From Candidatus Uhrbacteria bacterium (GTDB taxonomy: Bacteria; Patescibacteriota; Patescibacteriia; UBA9934; GWF2-40-263): a stretch of DNA of 44,083 nucleotides. The stretch is from assembly GCA_043805995.1 (NCBI GenBank), contig JAZDHJ010000058.1, positions 1 to 44,083 on the forward strand, written 5' to 3'. Below are positions 24,877 through 32,778 of this stretch, piece by piece. Each line of letters opens with the position of its first letter. Within the stretch, counting starts at the first letter, position 1. The notes under the pieces were generated by a model. It made no database searches. It saw only the letters and a program-made list of their open reading frames with translations, and had not been told where the DNA came from. Position numbers and translations under genes: made by a program.

Positions 24877-24999
24877 CAGAACTTACGTATTTGGATGCAG
24901 AACAAGGAAAGGCCGAGGCTTTTCGCGAGACGTATGCGACATACGTTGAGCGAAAAACGTAGGGCTTGACGAAGTTATGCGCCAAATACGTAAGTTCTG
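24877..24999 (+). other. Structured element between rpsD and rpoA (18-bp perfect outer stem plus inner symmetric hairpin)
   Basis: cagaacttacgtatttgg (24877-24894) pairs with ccaaatacgtaagttctg (24982-24999). Inner hairpin ttttcgc-gag-acgtatg-cga-catacgt-tga-gcgaaaa at 24920-24956. Confidence 0.7.
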
Positions 25000-25017
25000 T
25001 AACCTTTCCAAAACCCT

Positions 25018-25752
25018 ATGGAACAGGTCCTTTTACCCACCAAACTTACGGTGGAGCCAACCGATCAATTAAACATGGCCACGCTCGTCATGGAGCCGTG
25101 CTACTTCGGTTATGGTACAACAGTTGGAAATGCGCTTCGTCGCGTGCTGTTGTCATCCTTAACTGGGGCTGCTGTCACGGCGGTCAAAATAAAAAAGGCC
25201 ACCCATGAATTTCAAGCCGTGCCAAATGTTAAAGAAGATGTTTTACAGATTATCTTGAACCTCAAAGGCTTACGTTTAAAAATGTTTTCTGATACTCCGG
25301 TTAAACTTCATTTAAAAGTTACCGGTGAAAAAATTGTTACCGCCGCTGATTTTGAGCCAAATGCTGATGTTGAAATCGTTAACCCAAGTTTAGTTATTGC
25401 CACTTTGACTGATTCTAAAGCTGATTTTGAACTGGAGGCGGTGGTTGAACGCGGTCGTGGTTACTCCGCTACCGAAGAACGAAAAGAAAAATCCGATGAA
25501 TTAGGCATGATTGCCATCGACGCTTTGTTTTCCCCAATTCGCAACGTTGGTTACCGGGTGGAAAACACTCGCGTCGGCGATGTAACCAACTTTGATAAGT
25601 TGGTTATGAACATCGAAACCGACGGCACCATTGATCCAAAAATTGCTGTCGAGCAAGCCGCCAAAATTCTAATGGATTATTTTGCCTTGTTAATTCCGGG
25701 TGCCTCAGACACCCCAGCTGCGGAAGTTGCCGACGAAGCTCCGCTTGAATAA
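25018..25752 (+). CDS. rpoA: DNA-directed RNA polymerase alpha subunit, N-terminal domain only
   Basis: 244 aa. GYGTTVGNALRRVLLSSL and the rest of the alpha-NTD. rplQ starts 6 nt after the stop, leaving no room for an alpha-CTD. Confidence 0.9.
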   Translation: MEQVLLPTKLTVEPTDQLNMATLVMEPCYFGYGTTVGNALRRVLLSSLTGAAVTAVKIKKATHEFQAVPNVKEDVLQIILNLKGLRLKMFSDTPVKLHLKVTGEKIVTAADFEPNADVEIVNPSLVIATLTDSKADFELEAVVERGRGYSATEERKEKSDELGMIAIDALFSPIRNVGYRVENTRVGDVTNFDKLVMNIETDGTIDPKIAVEQAAKILMDYFALLIPGASDTPAAEVADEAPLE

Positions 25753-25757
25753 AGTTT

Positions 25758-26108
25758 ATGCGCCATCGTAATAATAAGAAAATTTTAGGTCGGGAAGTCG
25801 CGCCACGCCGCGCACTTTTAAGGTCCTTGGCTGAAAGTGTTATTTTGTACGAAAAAGTCCAAACCACCGAAGCTAAAGCCAAAATTGTTCGCCCGTTGGT
25901 CGAAAAGGCTATTTCGATTGGAAAAACCCCAACTTTGGCCGCTCGTCGTAAACTCATGACCATGTTTCATACTCAGGCTCCAGTAGAAAAAATTCTGGCC
26001 GAAATCGGACCACGTTATAAAACCCGTGCCGGCGGTTATACCCGCATTATCAAACTCGGCCATCGTTTAAACGATGCCGCTGATATGGCACAAATTGAAC
26101 TTGTTTAA
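25758..26108 (+). CDS. rplQ: 50S ribosomal protein L17
   Basis: 116 aa. MRHRNNKKILGR...RRALLRSLA. Confidence 0.95.
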   Translation: MRHRNNKKILGREVAPRRALLRSLAESVILYEKVQTTEAKAKIVRPLVEKAISIGKTPTLAARRKLMTMFHTQAPVEKILAEIGPRYKTRAGGYTRIIKLGHRLNDAADMAQIELV

Positions 26109-26109
26109 T

Positions 26110-26472
26110 ATGCAGCCTAAAGTCGTTCGCGTCCACCAACAAATTGATGCCACTGGTCTGGTTGCCGGTCGTTTGGCCACCGAAGTTGCCAGACTACTTA
26201 TTGGCAAACACAAAGCCACCTTCACCCCAAACATGGATGTTGGTGATTTTGTCGATATTACCAATGCTGGCAAATTAGTTTTTACCGGAAAAAAATTGGA
26301 GCGTACCAACAAGTACACTCACTCCGGTTACCAGGGTGGTTTAAAAACCGCTAATCTTAAAACCTTGTTTGAAAAAGATCCAGCCAGATTATTCAAAAGC
26401 ATGGTTTCCTGCATGTTGCCAAAAAATACTCATCGCCCATTGCGTCTGAAACGCTTAAGTGTCAAGAAGTAA
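26110..26472 (+). CDS. rplM: 50S ribosomal protein L13
   Basis: 120 aa from ATG 26110 (2 nt after the rplQ stop). IDATG...GRLAT.VA.LL.GKHK..FTP..D.GD.V. Confidence 0.95.
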   Translation: MQPKVVRVHQQIDATGLVAGRLATEVARLLIGKHKATFTPNMDVGDFVDITNAGKLVFTGKKLERTNKYTHSGYQGGLKTANLKTLFEKDPARLFKSMVSCMLPKNTHRPLRLKRLSVKK

Positions 26473-26474
26473 TT

Positions 26475-26870
26475 ATGACAGTTGATTTATCTACAAAAAC
26501 CATTGGTCGCCGCAAAGAAGCCGTGATCCAAGCCAAGCTGACGCCTGGTAATGGCACCATCGTGGTTAACGGCCAACCTTTGAAAGATTATTTTCCAGTT
26601 GCTGAATATCAGAACTTGATCAAATTACCTTTTGAAGCCACCAGCACCGGCAAGAATTTTGATGTCAATGCTTTGGCTAAAGGCGGCGGCAAACGCGGTC
26701 AAGCCGATGCTTTGCGCTTAGCCATAGCTCGTGCTTTGGTAAAAGAAAATATTGAATTCCGTGCCATTTTGAAAAAATTAGGTTACCTCTCCCGTGATGC
26801 TCGGGTTAAGGAACGCAAAAAGTACGGTCACAAAAAAGCCCGTCGTTCACCACAGTGGAGCAAACGTTAA
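26475..26870 (+). CDS. rpsI: 30S ribosomal protein S9
   Basis: 131 aa. GRRKEAVIQAKL.PG.G.I.VNG, C-terminal RKKYG.KKARR..QWSKR. Confidence 0.95.
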   Translation: MTVDLSTKTIGRRKEAVIQAKLTPGNGTIVVNGQPLKDYFPVAEYQNLIKLPFEATSTGKNFDVNALAKGGGKRGQADALRLAIARALVKENIEFRAILKKLGYLSRDARVKERKKYGHKKARRSPQWSKR

Positions 26871-27025
26871 GGTGTTACGAATCACGAATCTTGCCGAAAT
26901 CACGAATCATCGAATTGGCAACGAATTTTTTTCCCCGCTGTCATTCCGAGCCAACTCTTCGATAGGCCTCAGAGCCCTGAGCCGGGTCGAAGGGAGAGGA
27001 ACCCCACCTCGTTATTTGAAAAAGT

Positions 27026-27051
27026 CCCCGGTCGCAAGATCGGGGATTTTT
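27026..27051 (+). terminator. GNRA-loop hairpin plus T-run (border element copy 1)
   Basis: ccccggtc-GCAA-gatcgggg then attttt. Repeated at 27747-27773. Confidence 0.65.
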
Positions 27052-27118
27052 GGTGGAGCTGATTAGTAAATTTAGCGACAGCCATCCGAAGCCTTAATAA
27101 ACAGGGCGAAGGTGGATA

Positions 27119-27151
27119 TAAAAAACACCCCGACCAGGAAGGCTGGCGGGG
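27119..27151 (-). terminator. Terminator of GC-rich gene 27196..27513
   Basis: Minus strand: ccccgccag-ccttc-ctggtcgggg followed by tgtttttt. Confidence 0.65.
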
Positions 27152-27195
27152 CATGTCAAGGGTGTTTCCCGTCGAATTGATCGTCGGGTGATGGG

Positions 27196-27513
27196 TTATT
27201 TGAGGTAAGGATACGGGTAGTGCTCGTCGGCGAAGGCCTTTGCACTTTCGAGAGTCATTCCTGGTTGTGCGGGGATGATTTCTTGTTTTCCTGCCGCGAC
27301 CACCACCCAAACGAGCAACCTGTTTTCCCAAACGGATACGACCCCCAAACCGTCCAGACGTTTCGCTCCATTTGAGTGACGACCATTGATCTGAACTCGA
27401 AATGGTTGCCATAGCGAATAGGTTCGTTTGATCTTGTTTCGCGGGATGACCATTATCGCCACCACCAACAAAACCAATAAAAATCCTATTCCGATTAAAG
27501 TTCCGATACTCAT
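27196..27513 (-). CDS. GC-rich orphan, single-pass membrane protein (105 aa)
   Basis: ATG preceded by GGAGG (11-nt spacer). N-terminal TM helix LIGIGFLLVLLVVAIMVI. Own promoter-like and terminator elements. Confidence 0.55.
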   Translation of the reverse strand: MSIGTLIGIGFLLVLLVVAIMVIPRNKIKRTYSLWQPFRVQINGRHSNGAKRLDGLGVVSVWENRLLVWVVVAAGKQEIIPAQPGMTLESAKAFADEHYPYPYLK

Positions 27514-27558
27514 TTCTTTCTACGCCTCCAGGCTTAGATTACAGGAAAAGAACGATTG

Positions 27559-27587
27559 ATCTTAGTTTAAAATCCATTTTTTGTCAA
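27559..27587 (-). promoter_or_regulatory. Sigma70-like promoter for 27196..27513
   Basis: Minus strand TTGACA-17 nt-TAAGAT. The -35 box lies in the palindrome TTTTGTCAaccaTGACAAAA. Confidence 0.45.
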
Positions 27588-27634
27588 CCATGACAAAATC
27601 CAGTGTAATAAACACCATCTTATGTCAGCTTCAG
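27568..27634 (+). repeat. 67-nt direct repeat, copy 1 (duplicate of flippase promoter plus first 13 nt of its CDS)
   Basis: 62/67 identical to 28236-28302 by manual alignment. TTGTCA-17-TGTAAT, then ATGTCAGCTTCAG. Confidence 0.9.
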
Positions 27635-27746
27635 AGTATTTCGACGGTTCAAATTGTTCAAGTGGTCAAATTGTTTATTTCGGATCGGAACCGATTGTGA
27701 ACAAATTGAACACATGAACAATTGAACGTTTCAAAAAACAAAAGAA

Positions 27747-27773
27747 TCCCTGGTCGCAAGATCGGGGATTTTT
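27747..27773 (+). terminator. GNRA-loop hairpin plus T-run (border element copy 2)
   Basis: tccctggtc-GCAA-gatcgggga then ttttt. Confidence 0.6.
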
Positions 27774-27776
27774 GGT

Positions 27777-27817
27777 GTAAAAAAATAAGCGCCCCGACCA
27801 GGAAGGCTGGTCGAGGC
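27777..27817 (-). terminator. Terminator of GC-rich gene 27837..28178
   Basis: gcc-c-cgaccag-gaagg-ctggtcg-a-ggc with a plus-strand A-run, which is a T-run on the minus strand. Confidence 0.65.
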
Positions 27818-27836
27818 ACGATGACTAATCATCGTC

Positions 27837-28178
27837 CTAATAGGGGGTAAACCCCGGTTTCAGGAACTGTCCGGGCATTGGGCGGTCCGTCTGGCAAAAG
27901 AGGTCTGTCCCGGTGATGGTGTATACCACCGTTTCACCTTCTTTTCTGGTGTCGACTCTGACCCTGAGGTTACCTCTTTCGAAGGTGTTTTCAACCTTTT
28001 GGGTGGTGATGATGCTATCCAGAAGTCTACCAGGATTTGCGAAAGTGACTGTGATTGTCTTGGCTGCGCGGTCTTCAACCACCCGGATCACTGTACCAAC
28101 AGCATCTTCCAGAAGCGTTGGCAGGGCTGACCCAAAGAAAAGACTTTCTGGGTCAAAGGAAGAATCGAATACGGGCAT
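27837..28178 (-). CDS. GC-rich orphan protein (113 aa)
   Basis: AAGGAGG 8 nt before the ATG. No family recognised and no similarity to the neighbouring GC-rich ORF. Confidence 0.55.
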   Translation of the reverse strand: MPVFDSSFDPESLFFGSALPTLLEDAVGTVIRVVEDRAAKTITVTFANPGRLLDSIITTQKVENTFERGNLRVRVDTRKEGETVVYTITGTDLFCQTDRPMPGQFLKPGFTPY

Positions 28179-28226
28179 CAGATTGTCCTCCTTGGAGGAG
28201 TGAAAGGGTTGAGAATACAGCTATTT

Positions 28227-28255
28227 ATATTAGCCTAAAATCCGATTTTTGTCAA
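28227..28255 (-). promoter_or_regulatory. Sigma70-like promoter for 27837..28178
   Basis: Minus strand TTGACA-17 nt-TAATAT. Confidence 0.5.
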
Positions 28256-28302
28256 CCATAACAAAATCCAGTATAATAAACACCGTCTTATGTCAGCTTC
28301 AG
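28236..28302 (+). repeat. 67-nt direct repeat, copy 2 (functional flippase promoter and start)
   Basis: See copy 1. This copy continues into the 493-aa flippase ORF. Confidence 0.9.
28249..28277 (+). promoter_or_regulatory. Sigma70-like promoter of the flippase gene
   Basis: TTGTCA-17 nt-TATAAT, 12 nt before ATG 28290. Confidence 0.55.
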
Positions 28303-29771
28303 TTGCCAAAAATGCCTTTTATTTGACCGTGGCTACGGTGGGGCAGAAAATCCTGGCGTTTTTTTATTTTCTTTTTGTCGCCAATGTTTTTCTGCCGGAA
28401 CAAACCGGAGCTTATTTTTTGGCCCTCTCAATAACGACAATTTTTAGTGTCGTGGCTGACTTCGGCATTACTCCGGTCGTGATTCGCGAGGTGGCCAAGA
28501 GACCGGAAGGTGCGACCCAATTAGTCCGTCGAGCGCTTGGCTTGAAGTTGCCGTTTGTTATTCTTGGCGTGCTCGGATCACTCATCGCGGTTCAGCTACT
28601 CGGATATAGTCTCGAAGTAAAATTTCTAGTCCTTCTCGCCGCTCTAGTTATGGCCGAAGACGCCATCTCGTTACTTTATTTCGGTGTGCTGCGCGGTTTG
28701 CATATTCTGCGTTTTGAATCATTTGGCATGATGATTGGGGAAGCGATAACGGTTGGTTTAGGTTGTCTCTCGTTACTTATTCATCCATCACTGACGTTTT
28801 TAGTTTTGGCTTTGGTGGCTGGCAGTTTATTCAATGCGATTTTCTCGACGCTTCAAGTGGTTAAACACCTCGGCTGGCAGACAATAATTCCCATCTTTGA
28901 TTTTGCCGGGACAAAAAAACTTTTGAAAACCGCCACACCTTTTGCCCTGGCTGGTGGTTTTTCCAAACTCTATTCATACATCGATTCAATTTTACTTGCC
29001 GCTTTCATCGGCACCGGTGCGGTTGGAATTTATGCTATCGCTTACAAAATGACTTACGCTTTCCAGTTTTTACCCATGGCTTTCGTGGCCGCAGTTTATC
29101 CTGGTATGAGCGCGCTGGTTGGTCGAGATACAAAAAAACTCGGCGAGTTATTTGAAAAATCGATTTGGTATTTGTTAATTTTAGTCGCGCCAATTTCGTT
29201 TGGAATTTTTTCTGTCGCGCCAGATGTCGTCCGCTTGGCCGGGAAAGAATACACTGATGCCGCTTTGGTTTTGCAGGCTTTGATTTTTGTTTTGATTCCG
29301 CTGTTCCTCGATTTTCCCATCGGCTCACTTTTAAATGCCGCCGATAAACAAGCAACAAAAACTACGATCATGGGTTTAACAATGGTTATCAATACAATTT
29401 TGAACCTAATCTTGATTCCCATCGTTGGAATTATCGGGGCGGCTTATGCAGCTGAGGCCAGTTTTTGGTTTATGTTTTTGGCCGGCCTTTATTTTGTGCC
29501 GAAGATTATTCCGGGTTTGCCTTGGAAAAATTTGAATTGGTTGTTTGTGAAAATTATCGGCAGCGGAGCAGTGATGGCGGTAGTGACTTTGTTCCTGCGA
29601 CCATTTGTTGGATTTTTTCTAGTTCTACCAATCGCCGCATTCGTTTATTTCATTTTACTTTTCGCAACTCGTTCGGTTCGGATGGATCAATTAAAAGATT
29701 TAAAAAAACTGGTTTTGCGGAAAAAAGTTGACGTGACTTATGTCGAAGAGGTTGCTCCTACTAACACTTGA
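28290..29771 (+). CDS. Polysaccharide biosynthesis flippase (MOP/Wzx-like)
   Basis: 493 aa, about 12-14 TM helices. N-terminal pattern typical of Wzx/polysaccharide biosynthesis proteins. Confidence 0.8.
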   Translation: MSASVAKNAFYLTVATVGQKILAFFYFLFVANVFLPEQTGAYFLALSITTIFSVVADFGITPVVIREVAKRPEGATQLVRRALGLKLPFVILGVLGSLIAVQLLGYSLEVKFLVLLAALVMAEDAISLLYFGVLRGLHILRFESFGMMIGEAITVGLGCLSLLIHPSLTFLVLALVAGSLFNAIFSTLQVVKHLGWQTIIPIFDFAGTKKLLKTATPFALAGGFSKLYSYIDSILLAAFIGTGAVGIYAIAYKMTYAFQFLPMAFVAAVYPGMSALVGRDTKKLGELFEKSIWYLLILVAPISFGIFSVAPDVVRLAGKEYTDAALVLQALIFVLIPLFLDFPIGSLLNAADKQATKTTIMGLTMVINTILNLILIPIVGIIGAAYAAEASFWFMFLAGLYFVPKIIPGLPWKNLNWLFVKIIGSGAVMAVVTLFLRPFVGFFLVLPIAAFVYFILLFATRSVRMDQLKDLKKLVLRKKVDVTYVEEVAPTNT

Positions 29772-30855
29772 TTTTCCACCACGAACTGGTGGGGTAGCTC
29801 GCTATCTTGAAGCGCTGGCAGTTTTTTTTGGTGAAGAAATTCGGGTCATCGCCAATCCGGAAAAGGGCAGTGAGGTTTTTGACAAGATCGCGCCGTTTCA
29901 GCTCGAGAGACAAGAACTTCTTTTCAAAAAAATCTGGCCACATTGGCTTAGGTCAGTTTTATTTTTGGTAAAAGAACAATTGAATTATCAGACGGTAATC
30001 ATCAGTCACCTTTTACCGCTCGGAGCCGCGGCTTGGCTGGCAAAATTTGTAACTAGACGGCCTTATGTGGTTATTGTTCATGGCATGGATGTTTCGTTGG
30101 CCAAGAATTCAGTTCAAAAAAAATGGCTAGCCGGGTTGGTTTTGCGTGGAGCGAAGGCGGTTGTAGCCAACTCTTCGGCCTTGGCTGAAGAGGTTCGAAG
30201 GGATTTTGGAGTGAAAGAGACACTTGTGGTGTATCCGGGAGTAGAAAACCAGTTGCGGTGGTTAGCGGCCGATCGGCCGTTAACCACCGCAACTGAAGGT
30301 TTTGATAATTTCGTCCTTCTGACCGTTTCTCGCCTAGTGGCTCGAAAAGGTCATCTTCGGGTTCTTCAAGCTTTGTCTAAAATTAAGTCTCAAGTCCCAA
30401 ATCTCCAATATCGAATCGTCGGTGAGGGACCAATGAAAGAAGAGTTGCAGAAAACTACCACCGATCTCGGCCTCGATTCAATAGTAAAATTCGAAGGCTT
30501 TCTAAGTGACGAGAAACTTGCTGAAGCTTACGAACAAGCCAATCTTTTTGTCGAGCCAACTGTCGTCGACTCAATCGACCGTGAAGGCTTCGGTATGGTT
30601 TATCTCGAGGCCGCGGCTCATGGCGTTCCATCAATAGCCACCGATCAACCTGGCGTCGACGAGGCAGTTCTAGACGGTCAAACCGGCCTTCTGATACCAG
30701 ATGGTGACATCGAAGCGCTGGCAGCGGCAATTTTGGCCTTATCGCGCGATCCGGAGGAGAGGAAAAGACTGGGTGAGAACGCCAGGCGACGAGTTTTGGA
30801 GGAATTTGTTTTTGAGAAGCAGTTTGAGAAATTGAGAGAATTTTTGAAAATATGA
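29740..30855 (+). CDS. Glycosyltransferase family 4 (GT-B)
   Basis: 371 aa. EGFGMVYLEAAAHGVPSIATD..G..E.V.DG.TGLL. Confidence 0.9.
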   Translation: MSKRLLLLTLDFPPRTGGVARYLEALAVFFGEEIRVIANPEKGSEVFDKIAPFQLERQELLFKKIWPHWLRSVLFLVKEQLNYQTVIISHLLPLGAAAWLAKFVTRRPYVVIVHGMDVSLAKNSVQKKWLAGLVLRGAKAVVANSSALAEEVRRDFGVKETLVVYPGVENQLRWLAADRPLTTATEGFDNFVLLTVSRLVARKGHLRVLQALSKIKSQVPNLQYRIVGEGPMKEELQKTTTDLGLDSIVKFEGFLSDEKLAEAYEQANLFVEPTVVDSIDREGFGMVYLEAAAHGVPSIATDQPGVDEAVLDGQTGLLIPDGDIEALAAAILALSRDPEERKRLGENARRRVLEEFVFEKQFEKLREFLKI

Positions 30856-31547
30856 AAGAATTACCAAAATCAGAAATTTACGAACAAGAATTTGAGTACA
30901 TGCCTTGGGGAATTTTGATAAATGAAATTTTGTCTATAATCCAAAAAGAAGCCAAGCAAAATGGGAGCGTTCTTGATTTAATGTGCGGTCCTGGTTATTT
31001 ATTGGGTAAAATTGGCGAACAAAGAAATGATTTAATTTTGTCAGGCCTTGATATCAATGAAGAATTTATTAATTTTGCTAAAAATAAATATCCCGTTTTT
31101 TCATTTCAAGTTGTTGACATTTTATCTTGGAATTCAGATAAAAAATATGATGTAATTTTATGTACCGGTGGAATACACCATCTGCCTTGCGAAAAACAGG
31201 CCTCTTTTTTAGAGAAAATTCCAAGTATTTTGAATCCAGACGGCTTTGTAATTTTTGCCGATCCTTACATCGACGATTTTTCAAATGAAACCGAAAGAAA
31301 ACAAGCGGCTGCGAAATTGGGTTATGAATATATGGTTGCGACAATAAAAAATGGTGCCTCTGACGAAGTAATAAAAGTAACCATCGATATTCTTTATAAC
31401 GATGTTATGGGATTCGAATTTAAAACATCCATTAAAAAATTAGAACCTATTTTCAGAAAATTATTTCCTTGTCTTGAAATAAAAAAGACTTGGCCGAAAA
31501 TCGATTCTGAATATGGAGATTATTACGTGATTGGAAAAATAAAATAA
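30852..31547 (+). CDS. Class I SAM-dependent methyltransferase
   Basis: 231 aa. Motif I VLDLMCGPGYL. ATGA overlap with GT4. Confidence 0.75.
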   Translation: MKELPKSEIYEQEFEYMPWGILINEILSIIQKEAKQNGSVLDLMCGPGYLLGKIGEQRNDLILSGLDINEEFINFAKNKYPVFSFQVVDILSWNSDKKYDVILCTGGIHHLPCEKQASFLEKIPSILNPDGFVIFADPYIDDFSNETERKQAAAKLGYEYMVATIKNGASDEVIKVTIDILYNDVMGFEFKTSIKKLEPIFRKLFPCLEIKKTWPKIDSEYGDYYVIGKIK

Positions 31548-31552
31548 AAATT

Positions 31553-31897
31553 ATGGAACTAAAACAATTACAAAACGACGCCTCAAAAGTGTTTCTAAAC
31601 AATTTGAAGCGCGACAATATAAAAGTTAGTGAGGAATATTTGGTCATGAAGTTAACCGAGGAGCTCGGCGAATTCGTGCAGTCATTTTTGATTCATAAAA
31701 AAAGCTGTCGACCGGAAAAATATAAATCTTTAAAAGATTCCAAGCGAGAAACCTCGAAAGAATTAGCCGATGTCCTCGGAATAATTTTTGTTATTGCGAA
31801 GACGATGAATATCGATGTGGAAGAAGCTCTGGTTAAAAAGTGGATTACGAGGGAATGGATGTTGGGTGGGGCATTGAAGGGCTCTAAAGGGTGTTAA
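31553..31897 (+). CDS. MazG-like nucleotide pyrophosphohydrolase (small all-helical type)
   Basis: 114 aa. LTEELGEF and ELADVLGIIFVIA..MNIDVEEAL. The last ~12 codons are encoded by a G-rich repeat word. Confidence 0.6.
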   Translation: MELKQLQNDASKVFLNNLKRDNIKVSEEYLVMKLTEELGEFVQSFLIHKKSCRPEKYKSLKDSKRETSKELADVLGIIFVIAKTMNIDVEEALVKKWITREWMLGGALKGSKGC

Positions 31898-31917
31898 GGC
31901 ATTGAGGGATTTGTTTT

Positions 31918-32532
31918 ATGAAAAAAATAATTGCAAAATCTTATGACAAGATTGCCAAAGAGTATACTGAAAAGCATGGTTATAATGAACAGTTGTCGAT
32001 TCCTTCATTAAAGATTTTTTTAACTTTTTTACCAATCGGTGCAGAAATTTTAGATGTCGGTTGCGGTGGTGGACAAGATTCGAAATTTTTAGCGAATAAA
32101 GGTTGTCTTGTAGTCGGACTAGACGTATCAAAGAAAATGATCGAATTGGCTAAAAAACATGCACCCGAAATAAAATTTAAAAATGTCGATGTAATGAAGA
32201 TGTTGACTTCGAAAAAATATGATGGAATTTGGTGTTGCCGTGTTTTCCATCACATATCAGTAAAAAAACAAGATAAATTTTTGGCTAAGCTTAAAACTCT
32301 GCTTAAAAAAGACGGTATTTTATACATCACCTCGGTTGTTAGTGACAAAAAAGAGGATTACGAAGCTTTTGATTCTGGAAATGATAGTTTACTTAAAAAG
32401 CGTTTAACTGAAAAATCTTTTAAAAATTTGCTTATCCGACACGGTTTTGAAATTTTAAAGTTTAAATATTGGGTTGGTAAAAAAGGTATGGAAATTTTTT
32501 GCAAAAATTATGACTTTAAACGAAACATATAA
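31918..32532 (+). CDS. Class I SAM-dependent methyltransferase
   Basis: 204 aa. ILDVGCGGGQDS, VVGLDVS. Confidence 0.85.
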   Translation: MKKIIAKSYDKIAKEYTEKHGYNEQLSIPSLKIFLTFLPIGAEILDVGCGGGQDSKFLANKGCLVVGLDVSKKMIELAKKHAPEIKFKNVDVMKMLTSKKYDGIWCCRVFHHISVKKQDKFLAKLKTLLKKDGILYITSVVSDKKEDYEAFDSGNDSLLKKRLTEKSFKNLLIRHGFEILKFKYWVGKKGMEIFCKNYDFKRNI

Positions 32533-32776
32533 AAAAATAAAAGATGAGGTCTTGACCCATTCTTCCGCCGAACACGACGTCGACTCGGCTATTCTTGCTT
32601 TACACGAATCAACAACAAAATTATGGCAAGCCGTAGTCAATAAACAGACAGAAAAAACACAACCACGGGTCGGGGCAATTTTGCTTTCGGTTTTTTCTGT
32701 TATGCAAGAATTGGGAATAGAAAATCCTGAGGAGTGTTTGAAACAAAAAATAGAAGAATTAAAGACAATAAAATAA
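32510..32776 (+). CDS. Small helical protein, possibly a degenerate MazG-like paralogue
   Basis: 88 aa from ATG 32510. Helix pattern parallels the MazG-like gene, but the EExGE motif is replaced (LHESTTKL). Confidence 0.4.
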   Translation: MTLNETYKKIKDEVLTHSSAEHDVDSAILALHESTTKLWQAVVNKQTEKTQPRVGAILLSVFSVMQELGIENPEECLKQKIEELKTIK

Positions 32777-32778
32777 TT

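Noticed and set aside
27622-27717. 31-codon ORF starting with the duplicated flippase start (MSASEYFDG...)
   Set aside because: It is a by-product of the 67-nt duplication. It runs into a palindromic filler and stops. Not treated as a gene.
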